Source: a virus. Taken from it: a stretch of DNA of 64,000 nt. The notes under the pieces were generated by a model. It searched no databases. It saw only the letters and a list, made by a program, of their open reading frames with translations, and was not told where the DNA came from. The DNA lies in IMG/VR virus record IMGVR_UViG_3300042937_000216, positions 32,001 through 96,000 of that record; one strand, written 5' to 3'. Position numbers and translations under genes: made by a program. Shown in pieces: positions 1 through 10,586 of the stretch (the first letter of the stretch is position 1; every line of letters starts with the position of its first letter).

Positions 1-229
1 AAAATTGGGATTCCGCACATTTGATCAGTTTTGGTCAGAGGAGTACGATAGTTACGCAGAAGCTGATCGTATACGAGCAATACACACACAGCTTGATCTA
101 ATATCAACATATAAGGTGTCTCAACTAACTGAAATGTTAGATCTTATGAATGATATATTAGAACATAACTATAACACATTTATTGGACTAACAGCTCATA
201 AAGTTAAACGGGTATTTTACAATGTCTGA
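1..229 (+). CDS. 3' part of glycosyltransferase-like protein (paralog of next gene), truncated by window edge
   Basis: GFRTFxxFWSEEYD...ILEHN C-terminal motif shared with 222..1244 (GFKTFxxWIDESYD...VLEHN). Confidence 0.55.
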   Translation, partial: KLGFRTFDQFWSEEYDSYAEADRIRAIHTQLDLISTYKVSQLTEMLDLMNDILEHNYNTFIGLTAHKVKRVFYNV

Positions 230-1244
230 TTTAGTTAATTTCTTCTGGCAACAGGTATACAATGTTATTGATCAAAATGATCGATATGAAACTGTATTAG
301 AATTTGGCGACACACTAGTAATTAACTTTGATTGCCTGTACGAGCGTGAGCGAACACTACGGGCCAATGATCAATTGTTGTATTACCTACACAAAATAGG
401 GCAAGATAAACGTTTTATTTTTATATCCGAAGATGGTGCTATACTAGAACATTCTGGTGCCATTGATGTAATCAACAATATAATTAAAACGTTTAATTTA
501 ACTGCTAGCACCTGCGCAGTTATCTGTAGAGAAGAGATAGCAATACCTAATGCCACAGTTGATGTAGTTGATTGTGTACCCTATTGGTGTAAGGTATTGT
601 ATAGCAGTGTTAAAGGTATCTCTATACCGCAGGGCAATTTTACAAAAAAGTTTGCTGTTTGGTTTAATCGTGGTACTATATTTAGATTAGCTATTACACA
701 GCACTTGTACGAACACTATTTGAATGACAGTATAATATCCTATCAAGAACAGGGCGTGCTAGTTGATAGAAAAATGACTGATTATAATCAAGAGTTAATT
801 GCCTGGGCAGAACAGCATACCCCTATAGTCTACGATCAACTGTTTCCTAATAGAACCTACACACACGAACTAATAGTAGGTCAACGCCACCCCTACAATG
901 AATACTTTATGGAGATTGTTTGTGAAACCGATGTGCTTGGTACTAGTTGGATTACCGAAAAGACAATTAAAAATCTATACATAGGTAAACCTTTTATTGT
1001 CATGAGTGGGGCGGGCACGCTGGCTAAACTACAGTCTTACGGGTTTAAAACATTTGCACCGTGGATAGATGAAAGTTACGATAGTATAGACAATGTCCAT
1101 CTACGACAACAAGCAGTACTAGCAGAAATAGATAGTATAGCAACGCTATCATATGCCGATATTAATAATCTGTACTCCGAAATGAAACCCGTATTAGAGC
1201 ATAATAGGCAAGTATTTTTAGATGTAATACGGGCACAGCAATGA
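222..1244 (+). CDS. Glycosyltransferase-like (GT10-like C-terminus) phage protein
   Basis: ETD...WITEKTIKNL..GKPFIV motif resembling the GT10/fucosyltransferase ITEK motif; overlaps neighbours in operon fashion. Confidence 0.5.
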   Translation: MSDLVNFFWQQVYNVIDQNDRYETVLEFGDTLVINFDCLYERERTLRANDQLLYYLHKIGQDKRFIFISEDGAILEHSGAIDVINNIIKTFNLTASTCAVICREEIAIPNATVDVVDCVPYWCKVLYSSVKGISIPQGNFTKKFAVWFNRGTIFRLAITQHLYEHYLNDSIISYQEQGVLVDRKMTDYNQELIAWAEQHTPIVYDQLFPNRTYTHELIVGQRHPYNEYFMEIVCETDVLGTSWITEKTIKNLYIGKPFIVMSGAGTLAKLQSYGFKTFAPWIDESYDSIDNVHLRQQAVLAEIDSIATLSYADINNLYSEMKPVLEHNRQVFLDVIRAQQ

Positions 1245-1918
1245 CACAGATACTGCTAGCTGGAGATAGTTGGGGCATAGGCGTATATCAAACTGTGAAT
1301 GGAGTATATACTGCTACAGGGCAAGGAATTCAAACTATATTAGAATCACAGGGATACACTGTGACCAACATCAGTGTTGCTGGAGATGCTAATAATAATA
1401 TAGCACAGCGTATTAAAGGTAACACAGCAGATCATATACTGTTTTTACAAACAGATCCGTTTAGGGAGCATTGTCAACATAAAGATGGGTTTAAGAAACT
1501 AAGACCCGTATTTTTTAAACACTTACTTACATTTGATTCGATTGATCATTGTTTAGATGTATATTACAATAACCTATACACAACGCTAAACAGATTAAAT
1601 AAACCAATTATCTGTTTAGGCGGTTGGAGTAAACTACATCCTAGTATATATAATTACAGCAATTTAATACCGGCTGTTCCTAGTATAACAGAATTGCTAA
1701 TACCTACAGCAACAGATGTGTACTTAAGTGACTTTGAGTGGTTTGCGCAACTTAATGATAATGTAGAAGTTATGCTCAAGTTTGGTACAGAAATTAAACA
1801 AATAATGTTAGAATCTAGCACCAAATTTGACCTTATTAACCAACAGTGGAACGATGTACACCCTAACCTACAGGGTTATATGCTTTTGGTAGAAAAAATT
1901 CGAAAATATCTCTTGTAA
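1241..1918 (+). CDS. SGNH/GDSL-fold hydrolase-like protein
   Basis: N-terminal LAGDSW and C-terminal DVHPN motifs. Confidence 0.6.
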   Translation: MTQILLAGDSWGIGVYQTVNGVYTATGQGIQTILESQGYTVTNISVAGDANNNIAQRIKGNTADHILFLQTDPFREHCQHKDGFKKLRPVFFKHLLTFDSIDHCLDVYYNNLYTTLNRLNKPIICLGGWSKLHPSIYNYSNLIPAVPSITELLIPTATDVYLSDFEWFAQLNDNVEVMLKFGTEIKQIMLESSTKFDLINQQWNDVHPNLQGYMLLVEKIRKYLL

Positions 1919-2001
1919 GATAAATAATTATAGCGTATAGTATATAAATGCTTATACGTTTTAGGCATATTAAAGACCAACTTAACATAAAGGAAAACAT
2001 C

Positions 2002-3030
2002 ATGGCAACATCATTAGCAGAAATTCGTGCGAAATTACAAGCACAAGAAACTCGTGGTTCAGGTAATTCACAACAAGGTGGCGACAACGCTATCTACGCT
2101 CACTGGAACATTCCAGAAGGCACTTCGGCAAGAATCAGATTCCTCCCAGACGCAGATCCAAAGAATACATTCTTTTGGGCAGAACGTCTAATGATCAACT
2201 TAACGTTTGCGGGCGTTAAAGGTCAACCAGATAGTAAACCAGTTACAGTACAAGTACCATGCGTGGAAATGTACGGTGACCAATGTCCAGTACTAGCAGA
2301 AGTGCGTACATGGTTTAAGGATCCAAGTTTAGAAGAAATGGGTCGTAAGTATTGGAAAAAGAAATCATATTTGTTCCAAGGCTTTGTACGTGACAATCCA
2401 CTAGCTGATGATAACACGCCAGCTAACCCAATCCGTAGATTTATTATTAGTCCACAGATTTTTAACTTAGTTAAGTCAGCACTACTTGACCCTGAGTTAG
2501 AAAACTTGCCAACAGACTACCAAGGTGGCCTAGACTTTACAGTGTCTAAAACATCAAAAGGTGGTTATGCTGACTATAGTACTAGTAAATGGTCACGTAA
2601 AGAAAGTGCGCTAACCTCAGAAGAAGCAACAGCAATTGACACTAACGGTCTTCACAACCTAAGTGATTTCTTACCTAAGAAACCAAGTGATGCTGAGTTA
2701 AAAGTCATTAAAGAAATGTTTGAAGCATCAGTTGATGGTCAAGCATACGACACAGAACGTTGGGGTGCTTACTATCGTCCACGTGGGGTTGCAGCTCCAT
2801 CAGGTTCAGCAACTTCAGCAGCTCCGGTAGGTGATCGCGCAGTTGTTAGTGAACATGTTGAAAGTACTCCGGTAGCACAACCTGCTGCTGTAGTAGCTCC
2901 GATAGCCGAAAATCCTCCATTTGAAGCAGACGAACCAACACCAACAGCACCAGTAGCTACTCCAGCCGCTGGCGGCCAACGTGCTGAAGACATCCTAGCG
3001 ATGATCCGTAGTCGTCAAAACAAAGCGTAA
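2002..3030 (+). CDS. Single-stranded DNA-binding protein, T4 gp32-like
   Basis: IRFLP, VPC..MYGDQCPV, RKYWKKKSY and YADYSTSKW motifs; AAGGA RBS before ATG 2002; adjacent to UvsX. Confidence 0.85.
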   Translation: MATSLAEIRAKLQAQETRGSGNSQQGGDNAIYAHWNIPEGTSARIRFLPDADPKNTFFWAERLMINLTFAGVKGQPDSKPVTVQVPCVEMYGDQCPVLAEVRTWFKDPSLEEMGRKYWKKKSYLFQGFVRDNPLADDNTPANPIRRFIISPQIFNLVKSALLDPELENLPTDYQGGLDFTVSKTSKGGYADYSTSKWSRKESALTSEEATAIDTNGLHNLSDFLPKKPSDAELKVIKEMFEASVDGQAYDTERWGAYYRPRGVAAPSGSATSAAPVGDRAVVSEHVESTPVAQPAAVVAPIAENPPFEADEPTPTAPVATPAAGGQRAEDILAMIRSRQNKA

Positions 3031-3044
3031 TAGTTAAACACGCA

Positions 3045-3065
3045 GGGCGGGGTATATCCCCGCCC
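3045..3065 (+). other. GC-rich hairpin between gp32 and uvsX (terminator or processing/stability element)
   Basis: GGGCGGGG-TATAT-CCCCGCCC perfect 8-bp stem, no U-tract. Confidence 0.5.
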
Positions 3066-3087
3066 ATTACTTCAATAAGGATTAATC

Positions 3088-4164
3088 ATGGCAAAACCAT
3101 TCGACATTAGTAAATTTCGCAAGTCGATTACCAAGTCAATTGAAGGCTTAGGTATTGGCTTTAACGATCCAACCGATTGGATCTCAACTGGTAACTACAC
3201 ATTAAACTATCTATTAAGTGGAGACTTTCACAAAGGTATTCCAATGGGTAAGGTAACTGTATTCGCCGGTGAATCGGGCGCAGGTAAATCATTTATCTGT
3301 AGTGGTAACATTGTTAAAAACGCACAAGATCAAGGCATTTATGTAATCTTAATTGATACAGAAAACGCACTTGACGAAGCATGGTTACACGCATTAGGTG
3401 TAGACACAGATGAAAGCAAACTACTTAAACTTAATATGGCTATGATCGATGATGTGGCTAAAGTTATCAGTGACTTTGTTAAAGAATATCGTACCTTACC
3501 AGAAGAAGATCGTCCTAAGGTATTGTTTGTACTAGACAGTTTGGGTATGATGTTAACTCCAACAGACGTTAACCAGTTTGAAGCCGGTGAAATGAAAGGT
3601 GATATGGGTCGTAAACCTAAAGCACTTACAGCACTTGTACGTAACTGTGTAAACATGTTTGGTACATTGAACTTAGGTCTAGTAGCAACTAACCATACCT
3701 ACGCTAGTCAAGATATGTTTGACCCAGATGATAAGATTTCAGGTGGTCAAGGCTTTATCTACGCATCAAGTATTGTAGTAGCTATGCGCAAACTTAAACT
3801 TAAAACAGATGCTGATGGTAATAAGACTACAACAGTTAACGGTATCCGTGCCGCTTGTAAGATTATGAAAACACGTTATGCTAAACCGTTTGAGTCAGTA
3901 CAAGTAGAGATTCCATATGAAACAGGTATGAGTCCTTACTCGGGTATGGTAGATATGTTAGAAGCTAAGAGCTTGTTATCAAAAGAAGGTAACAGTCTAG
4001 TCTACAAACTTGCTGATGGCACTGTTATTAAACAATTCCGTAAAGCATGGGAACGTAACGAAGATGGTAGTTTAGATAAAGTTATGAAAGAAATTTCATC
4101 CAACTCTCATTTGCTAAGTACAAATGAAATAACAGAAGAAGCTGACGCCGAATCTGTTGAATAA
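3088..4164 (+). CDS. uvsX: RecA-like recombinase UvsX
   Basis: Walker A GESGAGKS, IDTENA, VLDSLG, NHTY, ISGGQG motifs. Confidence 0.92.
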   Translation: MAKPFDISKFRKSITKSIEGLGIGFNDPTDWISTGNYTLNYLLSGDFHKGIPMGKVTVFAGESGAGKSFICSGNIVKNAQDQGIYVILIDTENALDEAWLHALGVDTDESKLLKLNMAMIDDVAKVISDFVKEYRTLPEEDRPKVLFVLDSLGMMLTPTDVNQFEAGEMKGDMGRKPKALTALVRNCVNMFGTLNLGLVATNHTYASQDMFDPDDKISGGQGFIYASSIVVAMRKLKLKTDADGNKTTTVNGIRAACKIMKTRYAKPFESVQVEIPYETGMSPYSGMVDMLEAKSLLSKEGNSLVYKLADGTVIKQFRKAWERNEDGSLDKVMKEISSNSHLLSTNEITEEADAESVE

Positions 4165-4176
4165 TTTTACTTAACT

Positions 4177-4710
4177 ATGACTGATGACAATCTATCTCTA
4201 GTGTTTAGTGCCAGCCAATACAACGGTTGGCCTAAACTTAAATTTTATCTTGACGATGACCTGTACGAGGATTATACCTTTACAGGGCCATCGGCTAGGG
4301 TAGATATCCCTTTGGTTCTTGTTGATGGCGAACATGAACTAACCATAGAATTATACGATAAAACTCACAACAACACAAAAGTCGTTGATGATCAAATCAT
4401 TGAAGACCAAATAGTAACCTTAGAGCAGATACAAATTGGTGGAGTAGCTGTTCCCGATTTTGTTAAATACTCTGGCGTGTACTATACTAAAGAACAAACA
4501 TACCCAAACGGATTAACGTGGGGTATCAACGGAGAATGGCGAGTAAAGTTTAAGATGCCATTTATCAGCTGGATATTAGAAGAAAAGAATAAATTTAATT
4601 CAGCAGTGTATGATGCTAAAGAAACACTTGTTGGCGACTACAACGAATCAAAAAAACAAACGCTTATTTACTACCTAAAACAGTTAGAGGAAATGTTGGC
4701 CAGTGAGTAA
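4177..4710 (+). CDS. Hypothetical protein (beta-rich)
   Basis: 177-aa ORF in operon, no recognised motif. Confidence 0.6.
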   Translation: MTDDNLSLVFSASQYNGWPKLKFYLDDDLYEDYTFTGPSARVDIPLVLVDGEHELTIELYDKTHNNTKVVDDQIIEDQIVTLEQIQIGGVAVPDFVKYSGVYYTKEQTYPNGLTWGINGEWRVKFKMPFISWILEEKNKFNSAVYDAKETLVGDYNESKKQTLIYYLKQLEEMLASE

Positions 4711-6265
4711 TTACAAACGAATAGCTGTACTATCAACAGGACTATTAAGTGTAGATCGCCCACCTGCGTCTAGCGCATTTCTAGCAGGCATTTGTGAAAA
4801 ACTTGACATAGAGTATGATATCTTTGACTTTAATATCATTGTAAAGAACGCTCTAGGCATTAGTCTATGGGAAAGACTGTTTGTAGTTCCCGTTGAAGGT
4901 GACCATTTTGTAACCATTGACCCTGAGTTATTAGCACAGGTTAAACAGGCTATATCAGCAGGTGTAGACAAACTCATAGCATACAATCCGGACCTTATTG
5001 CTGTTTCAGTCTTGAGCTTTATACAACATCCTTACGCAAAGCTAGTCACACAAGCTATACGTGAAAAAATGACCACAACTATCATTGCTGGCGGCCCGGG
5101 CATAGGATATCAAACAGAGCCTAACGTTACTATGGGCAAGCAGTTAATGGACCAAGGGTTACTTGACTACTATGTATTAGGTGAAGGTGACTATATATTT
5201 GAGGCATTCCTTAAAGGACAGCACGAACTAGGATTAAACGTTAAAGGAGCCAAATGGGAAAATTGGGTTCCGCAGATTGACAATCTAGATGGTCTTACAT
5301 TTCCTAGCTATAAAAAAGTTAAGTTTAGAGAATATATTAGTTCAGCTAATGACACAGGAACACCCATTGCTAGTATAACCGGCAGTAGAGGCTGTGTGCG
5401 CAGATGTACATTCTGTGACGTAGGTAATATTTGGAAGAAGTTTAGATTCCGTAGTGGCGACAACATTAGTCAAGAGCTACTACATCACTATCAACAAACA
5501 GGTATCCTAACATATCATTTTACTGATAGTTTAATCAACGGCTCGTTGAAACAGTTCATCGATCTACTAAAGAACATTATACAACTACAAGAACAATACC
5601 CAGAGTTTAAACAGTTAAAGTTTAGCGGGCAATTTATTGTGCGCCCAATCAAGCATCATCCAGAATATCTATACGAACTAATGCAGCAAGCCGGCTGTCA
5701 TCGATTAGAAGTAGGTATCGAATCGGGTAGTGATAGAGTGCGTGAGCACATGGGTAAGAAGTTTAGCAATGAAGACATAGACTATCACTATGCTATGTGT
5801 TCTAAATATAAAATTACAAATTCTTTATTAATGTTCACTGGTTACCCAACAGAAACATTAGAAGATCATCACGATACATTGAATATGCTTAGACGCTATC
5901 AAAAATATCTAATAGATGAAACAATCACCATGCTGGTATTATCAGAACCGATGGTATACTTACGTAATACTCCATTGGCTGAAACAGGCATGCAGGAAGA
6001 ATTAGGCATTCATTTGTTTAATAATGAGTATGGAAATACTCTATGGACATCAGACACTAATCCGGGACTAACTAATCACGAGAAGTATCGTAGATTTTTA
6101 GAAACAAATAGGTTAAGTGTAGAACTTGGATATCCTCGTTCGTTTGATGTAATACAACGACTACTGGATCATATCAGAGAAATGGTTCATTTTAAGAGTT
6201 CAAATTTAGAAGTTAAAGAAAAGTTTGATAATTTAATAGCTAATATGCTAACAGAAGGAGTGTAA
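4703..6265 (+). CDS. B12-binding-domain-type radical SAM protein
   Basis: SRGCVRRCTFC (CxxxCxxC), IIAGGP, GEGD, GIESGS, GYPTET motifs. Confidence 0.85.
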   Translation: MSNYKRIAVLSTGLLSVDRPPASSAFLAGICEKLDIEYDIFDFNIIVKNALGISLWERLFVVPVEGDHFVTIDPELLAQVKQAISAGVDKLIAYNPDLIAVSVLSFIQHPYAKLVTQAIREKMTTTIIAGGPGIGYQTEPNVTMGKQLMDQGLLDYYVLGEGDYIFEAFLKGQHELGLNVKGAKWENWVPQIDNLDGLTFPSYKKVKFREYISSANDTGTPIASITGSRGCVRRCTFCDVGNIWKKFRFRSGDNISQELLHHYQQTGILTYHFTDSLINGSLKQFIDLLKNIIQLQEQYPEFKQLKFSGQFIVRPIKHHPEYLYELMQQAGCHRLEVGIESGSDRVREHMGKKFSNEDIDYHYAMCSKYKITNSLLMFTGYPTETLEDHHDTLNMLRRYQKYLIDETITMLVLSEPMVYLRNTPLAETGMQEELGIHLFNNEYGNTLWTSDTNPGLTNHEKYRRFLETNRLSVELGYPRSFDVIQRLLDHIREMVHFKSSNLEVKEKFDNLIANMLTEGV

Positions 6266-6269
6266 TAAA

Positions 6270-6515
6270 ATGAGTTTAGAAGTAGATATCCTAGGCGAAA
6301 TGTGGTTAACCTGTAAAGAGTATATTAACCCTAAAGATAAACAAGCAGCCGCAGACCATGTGATCAGTGTTGTCGCTGACCATAGCATTACCGAAGCCGA
6401 TCTCAAATCATTTGGTGGTACTGACAGCTATCTTAAACGTGCTGTAGAAGAATATCTAGGCGAAGAAGAAGATCTTGATGAAGAAGAAGATCTCGACGGC
6501 AGTGACGACTATTAA
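6270..6515 (+). CDS. Small acidic hypothetical protein
   Basis: AAGGAG RBS, 81 aa, acidic tail. Confidence 0.65.
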   Translation: MSLEVDILGEMWLTCKEYINPKDKQAAADHVISVVADHSITEADLKSFGGTDSYLKRAVEEYLGEEEDLDEEEDLDGSDDY

Positions 6516-7777
6516 TGTCTGATAAAAAGTTTTTCCCTATACATACAGCTACAGCCTGCCGCTTAAAGTGGTCTTGGTCTACACTGTATTTAAATAATGG
6601 AAAAACTGCTAGTTGTCATCGTGCTAGTTTCTCAAAATTAACAGCAGACACGTTTGGTAATTTTCACAACACAGACGAAAAGGTCAAGGCTAGAGAATTA
6701 ATGCTAGAAGGCCAATGGCCCGGCGATGGGTGTGAGCACTGTCGTGATATAGAACAGCATAGTAATCTTAGCGACAGACTATTTCAAAATACTGTGCCCA
6801 ATGAGTATCCACTAGAACTTGATGTTGACTCTACACTAACCCAAGTTGATCCCAGCGTACTTGAAATTTTTTTTAAGAATACCTGTAATTTGGCCTGTTT
6901 ATACTGTGAAGAATCTTTAAGTTCGCGCATTGCCACAGAGAACAGGATACATGGTAAACTAGTGCCCACAGTAGGAATACCTGCTACGGGGTTATACCAT
7001 CCAGACGATAGCGACAACAAATACAATGAATTTGTAGAGTTGTTTTGGCAGTGGTTAGACACAGGATACAGCAAACTACAGCGTATAAACATACTTGGTG
7101 GTGAGCCGTTTATTCAAGATGATCTAGATAGGCTGTTTGATTATATAGAACAACACCCTAATCCCAAGTTAGAAGTTAGTATTATCAGCAATCTGATACT
7201 CAAAACAACCAAGTTAGAACAGTTTTGTGCTAGGGTAAAACAGATGATTGCCCAGGGCAAACTCAAACAGGTTAAGATATTAGCCAGTGTAGACTGTTGG
7301 GGCCAAGAACAAGAGTATATTAGACACGGTTTCGATTGCGATATTTTTGAAAAGAATGTACAATACTTACTAACACAGAAATATTTACATTTAAGTATAT
7401 TGAGTGTGATTACTTCTTTGAGTATTAATACTTTGCCTATGCTAGCAGGTAAATTTGTTGAGTGGAATAAGCATAGACCTATACATTGGTATGTGAACAA
7501 TTTACTGCCCTTTGAAGATAACGTGTTGCGAGCAACTATATTTGACTACACACTATTCAAACAGGCAATAGAAGAAACAGTAAAGTTAATGCCTGCTAGT
7601 GCTAGCGATACATTTTTAGGTATTGTTAAACATATAGAACAAGCAACAGAAGATTTACCGACACAGCATAAACTATTAGAATACTTAACTGAAATTGATC
7701 GTAGAAGAAATTTAGATTGGAAACAAACATTCCCTTGGTTACTGGAAGAATTTAAACGATGTGGTATAATAAAGTAG
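6515..7777 (+). CDS. Radical SAM protein with N-terminal Cys (SPASM/twitch-like) domain
   Basis: NTCNLACLYC, ILGGEPF; N-terminal C..KW, SCH, CEHC. Confidence 0.85.
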   Translation: MSDKKFFPIHTATACRLKWSWSTLYLNNGKTASCHRASFSKLTADTFGNFHNTDEKVKARELMLEGQWPGDGCEHCRDIEQHSNLSDRLFQNTVPNEYPLELDVDSTLTQVDPSVLEIFFKNTCNLACLYCEESLSSRIATENRIHGKLVPTVGIPATGLYHPDDSDNKYNEFVELFWQWLDTGYSKLQRINILGGEPFIQDDLDRLFDYIEQHPNPKLEVSIISNLILKTTKLEQFCARVKQMIAQGKLKQVKILASVDCWGQEQEYIRHGFDCDIFEKNVQYLLTQKYLHLSILSVITSLSINTLPMLAGKFVEWNKHRPIHWYVNNLLPFEDNVLRATIFDYTLFKQAIEETVKLMPASASDTFLGIVKHIEQATEDLPTQHKLLEYLTEIDRRRNLDWKQTFPWLLEEFKRCGIIK

Positions 7778-8214
7778 TACAAAATATAGGCGCACTACCG
7801 GACTTCATTGATTACTACACTAATGAGTTAGCTGTAGCTAAAAAAGAAGTAGGTGTCTACGGCAATATTGAAAAGAACTTGGCAGCCTTGCCGGGTATTA
7901 CAGAGCAACGCTTTAATCAACTACAAGAGATTGAAGCAGTACTTAACCTATTAAACATTCGCTTACGAAAGATCCGCAAAGAACACTTTAAAAAATACTT
8001 AGAAGCCTACAATCGTGCGCTTACATCACGTGATGCTGAAAAGTATGTGGATGGCGAGGACGAAGTCATTGATATGGAAACTATCATTAATGAAGTAGCT
8101 CTACTACGTAACAAATGGCTGGGTATTATGAAAGGTCTAGAAAGCAAAAACTTTATGCTAGGGCATGTAACTAGATTACGTACTGCTGGTATGGAGGACG
8201 CATCAATTGGCTAG
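7759..8214 (+). CDS. uvsY: Recombination mediator UvsY-like
   Basis: 151-aa helical protein with YL..Y.RAL.SRDAEKYVDGE and KGLESK motifs; same block as uvsX and gp32. Confidence 0.7.
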   Translation: MWYNKVVQNIGALPDFIDYYTNELAVAKKEVGVYGNIEKNLAALPGITEQRFNQLQEIEAVLNLLNIRLRKIRKEHFKKYLEAYNRALTSRDAEKYVDGEDEVIDMETIINEVALLRNKWLGIMKGLESKNFMLGHVTRLRTAGMEDASIG

Positions 8215-9106
8215 ACACAGTGAGATGATATTAAACTGCCTACGTGAGTATGATAGTTTTTTAGATAGTTTGAAGTTTATCGCAGATCTAGGCTGTGGTA
8301 CCGGTGAAGATATCACTTGGTGGGCTACGTTAGAAACACGTGACGATCGTCCAGAGCCCTATAACTATACCTGTTGGGCTATTGATAACGACCCTGCCAA
8401 ATTGGCTAATATCCCTAATTTACCAAACCTACACAAATTAACAGGCGACTTTACCAAACGATGTTTACCGCGCGAAGCTGATTTAATATTTGCTCACGAT
8501 GTATTACAATACAGCACTAATCCGTTAGAAACATTAAAACTGTGGAACGAACAGATGAACGTTAACGGCATGCTGGTATTAAGCGTGCCAACAGCCAGCG
8601 GTGTTGAATACAACAAATACTACAGTAGAAGCCACAGTGGTTGTTATTACAATCACACACCGGCTTCATTGATCTATATGCTGGCCGTAAATGGGTTTGA
8701 CACCCGCGATGCTTATATGTTGAAAAAGTTTAACGATCCGTGGATCAACATTGCGGTATACAAGTCAGATGTTAAACCGATGGATCCTGCTACCACTAGT
8801 TGGTTTGATCTAATGAACACAGGACTGCTACATCCAAGTGTGATTAACAGTCTTAATAAATTTGGCCATGTACGCCAAGAAGAATTATTGTATCCTTGGT
8901 TGGATAAAGAAAACTATTACATAGATTGGATTCCACAATGGACCGAAGTGCCAGCAGAAGCTGTACACAGCGAAACTGGTATAGTCAACACTGTAGTAGC
9001 GTCTGACAAGACTACTGTAGAGCAAGCACCGGCAGTAACTAAAAATACCAAACAGATGAAGTCTATGGGCGTACTCAGAGCTGCCAAGGGGCGGTATGTT
9101 AAATAA
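8207..9106 (+). CDS. Class I SAM-dependent methyltransferase
   Basis: ADLGCGTG motif I; DLIFAHDVLQY; NGMLVLSVP. Confidence 0.75.
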   Translation: MARHSEMILNCLREYDSFLDSLKFIADLGCGTGEDITWWATLETRDDRPEPYNYTCWAIDNDPAKLANIPNLPNLHKLTGDFTKRCLPREADLIFAHDVLQYSTNPLETLKLWNEQMNVNGMLVLSVPTASGVEYNKYYSRSHSGCYYNHTPASLIYMLAVNGFDTRDAYMLKKFNDPWINIAVYKSDVKPMDPATTSWFDLMNTGLLHPSVINSLNKFGHVRQEELLYPWLDKENYYIDWIPQWTEVPAEAVHSETGIVNTVVASDKTTVEQAPAVTKNTKQMKSMGVLRAAKGRYVK

Positions 9107-9152
9107 GGTTGTTCTTGTTACAGGTGGATTTGACCCTAAGTTAGATAAATAA
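9096..9152 (+). pseudogene. Orphaned original N-terminus of the cytidylyltransferase gene (MLNKVVLVTGGFDP-KLDK*)
   Basis: Encodes VLVTGGFDP, repeated at 9832-9871 after the endonuclease. Confidence 0.75.
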
Positions 9153-9169
9153 ACATATAAGGAAATTAT

Positions 9170-9835
9170 ATGTTTATCGAAAACAAATATACATTATTGT
9201 ATTATAAAATTATTAAAAATAGAAAATTAAATCCATTAACTGGGTATATAGAAAAACATCATATTATTCCTAAGAGTATGGGCGGATCAAACAAAAACGA
9301 AAATTTAGTTAAACTATCTGCCAGGGAACATTTTATTTGCCATAGGTTATTGGTTAAGATGACAGAAGGACACAACAAAGTAAAAATGTCTTATGCTATA
9401 AGAACTATGATGAACAGAGAAAATCAATACCAACAGAGATATAAAATATCATCTAAAATTTATGAATCTATAATAGAAGAAACAAAAGCTACTATAGGTA
9501 ATAACCTAAAAGGCAGCAACAATCCATATTACGGAAAAAAACATTCCGAAGAAGTACGGCAAAAAATGAGAGAAAAACGAGCCTTACAGATTATGCCTGC
9601 CCGGAAAGGTAAAGTATATTCTGAAGAAACGTTATCTCGTTGGCGCGAAGCTAACAAAAAACAATTTACTGACCTTCATCAGATAGAGATACGTAGAACG
9701 AAGTGTAACAAAATACAAGGTATGAAAATTTATCATAATTCAGAAGGTAAAACAAAATACTACATCGAGGAAACTCAACCCAGCGGATGGGTTAAAGGCC
9801 GAGTTACAACAACAAAAGGGGGTGGTAATCAATGA
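9170..9835 (+). mobile_element. Free-standing HNH homing endonuclease with NUMOD3 repeats
   Basis: EKHHIIPKSMGGSN..ENLVKLSAREHFICHRLL; NPYYGKKHSEE NUMOD3; more A-rich than flanks; ATAAATA motif and AAGGA RBS upstream. Confidence 0.9.
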
Positions 9836-10576
9836 ATAGAGTAATTCTTGTTACAGGCGGATTTTGATCCGTTACACAGCGGGCATATAGAATATTTTAA
9901 AGCTGCTAAAGCTCTTGGCAACATACTGGTCGTCGGAGTTAATAGTGATGTCTGGTTAGAGCGTAAGAAAGGTCGTGCGTTTATGCCCAGCGCAGAACGT
10001 GTGGCTATTATTGAGAATTTAAAAATGGTAGATCACTGTGTACTGTTCGACGACAGTGATGATAGTGCTCGTGAAGCAATACGTAATGTTAAGACGATGT
10101 ACCCTAACAGTCAGATAGTATTTGCCAATGGTGGGGATCGCACAGCTAACAACATTCCGGAAATGACCGAGTCTGATGTAGTGTTTAAATTTGGCATAGG
10201 TGGCCAAAACAAGCTCAACAGTAGCAGTTGGATTTTAGAGGAGTGGAAAGCGCCTAAAACCATTCGATCTTGGGGCTATTATCGTGTATTACATGACGTT
10301 TCTGGTGCCAAAGTAAAGGAATTAACCATTGACCCAGGTAAGAGCTTATCATTACAGCGACACGAGCACAGAACTGAATTCTGGCTGGTAACAGAAGGCA
10401 AGTGCCGAGTAACCAGCGGTGACAAACTAGCAGAAGAATTATGTAGGCACGACACTATCGAAGTACCTGAAGGCGCCTGGCATCAACTAAGTAATCCGTT
10501 TGTTGAACCGTGTCGTATAGTAGAATTACAATATGGCGCACGTTGTTTAGAGTCTGACATCGAACGTAAAGAATAA
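9832..10576 (+). CDS. Cytidylyltransferase (RfaE/TagD-like) fused to cupin (mannose-6-phosphate isomerase type II-like); +1 frameshift near 9862-9865
   Basis: MNRVILVTGGF in one frame, then DPLHSGH (HxGH), GVNSD, FANGGDR in the +1 frame; C-terminal R.WG.Y, LSLQRH.HR.E.W cupin. Confidence 0.8.
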
Positions 10577-10586
10577 ATACAATACT

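Noticed and set aside
9138-9871. Group I intron interrupting the cytidylyltransferase
   Set aside because: Ends fit U|...G| but only ~33 and ~36 nt flank the HNH ORF and no P3-P7 core is visible; the duplicated N-terminus explains the layout better
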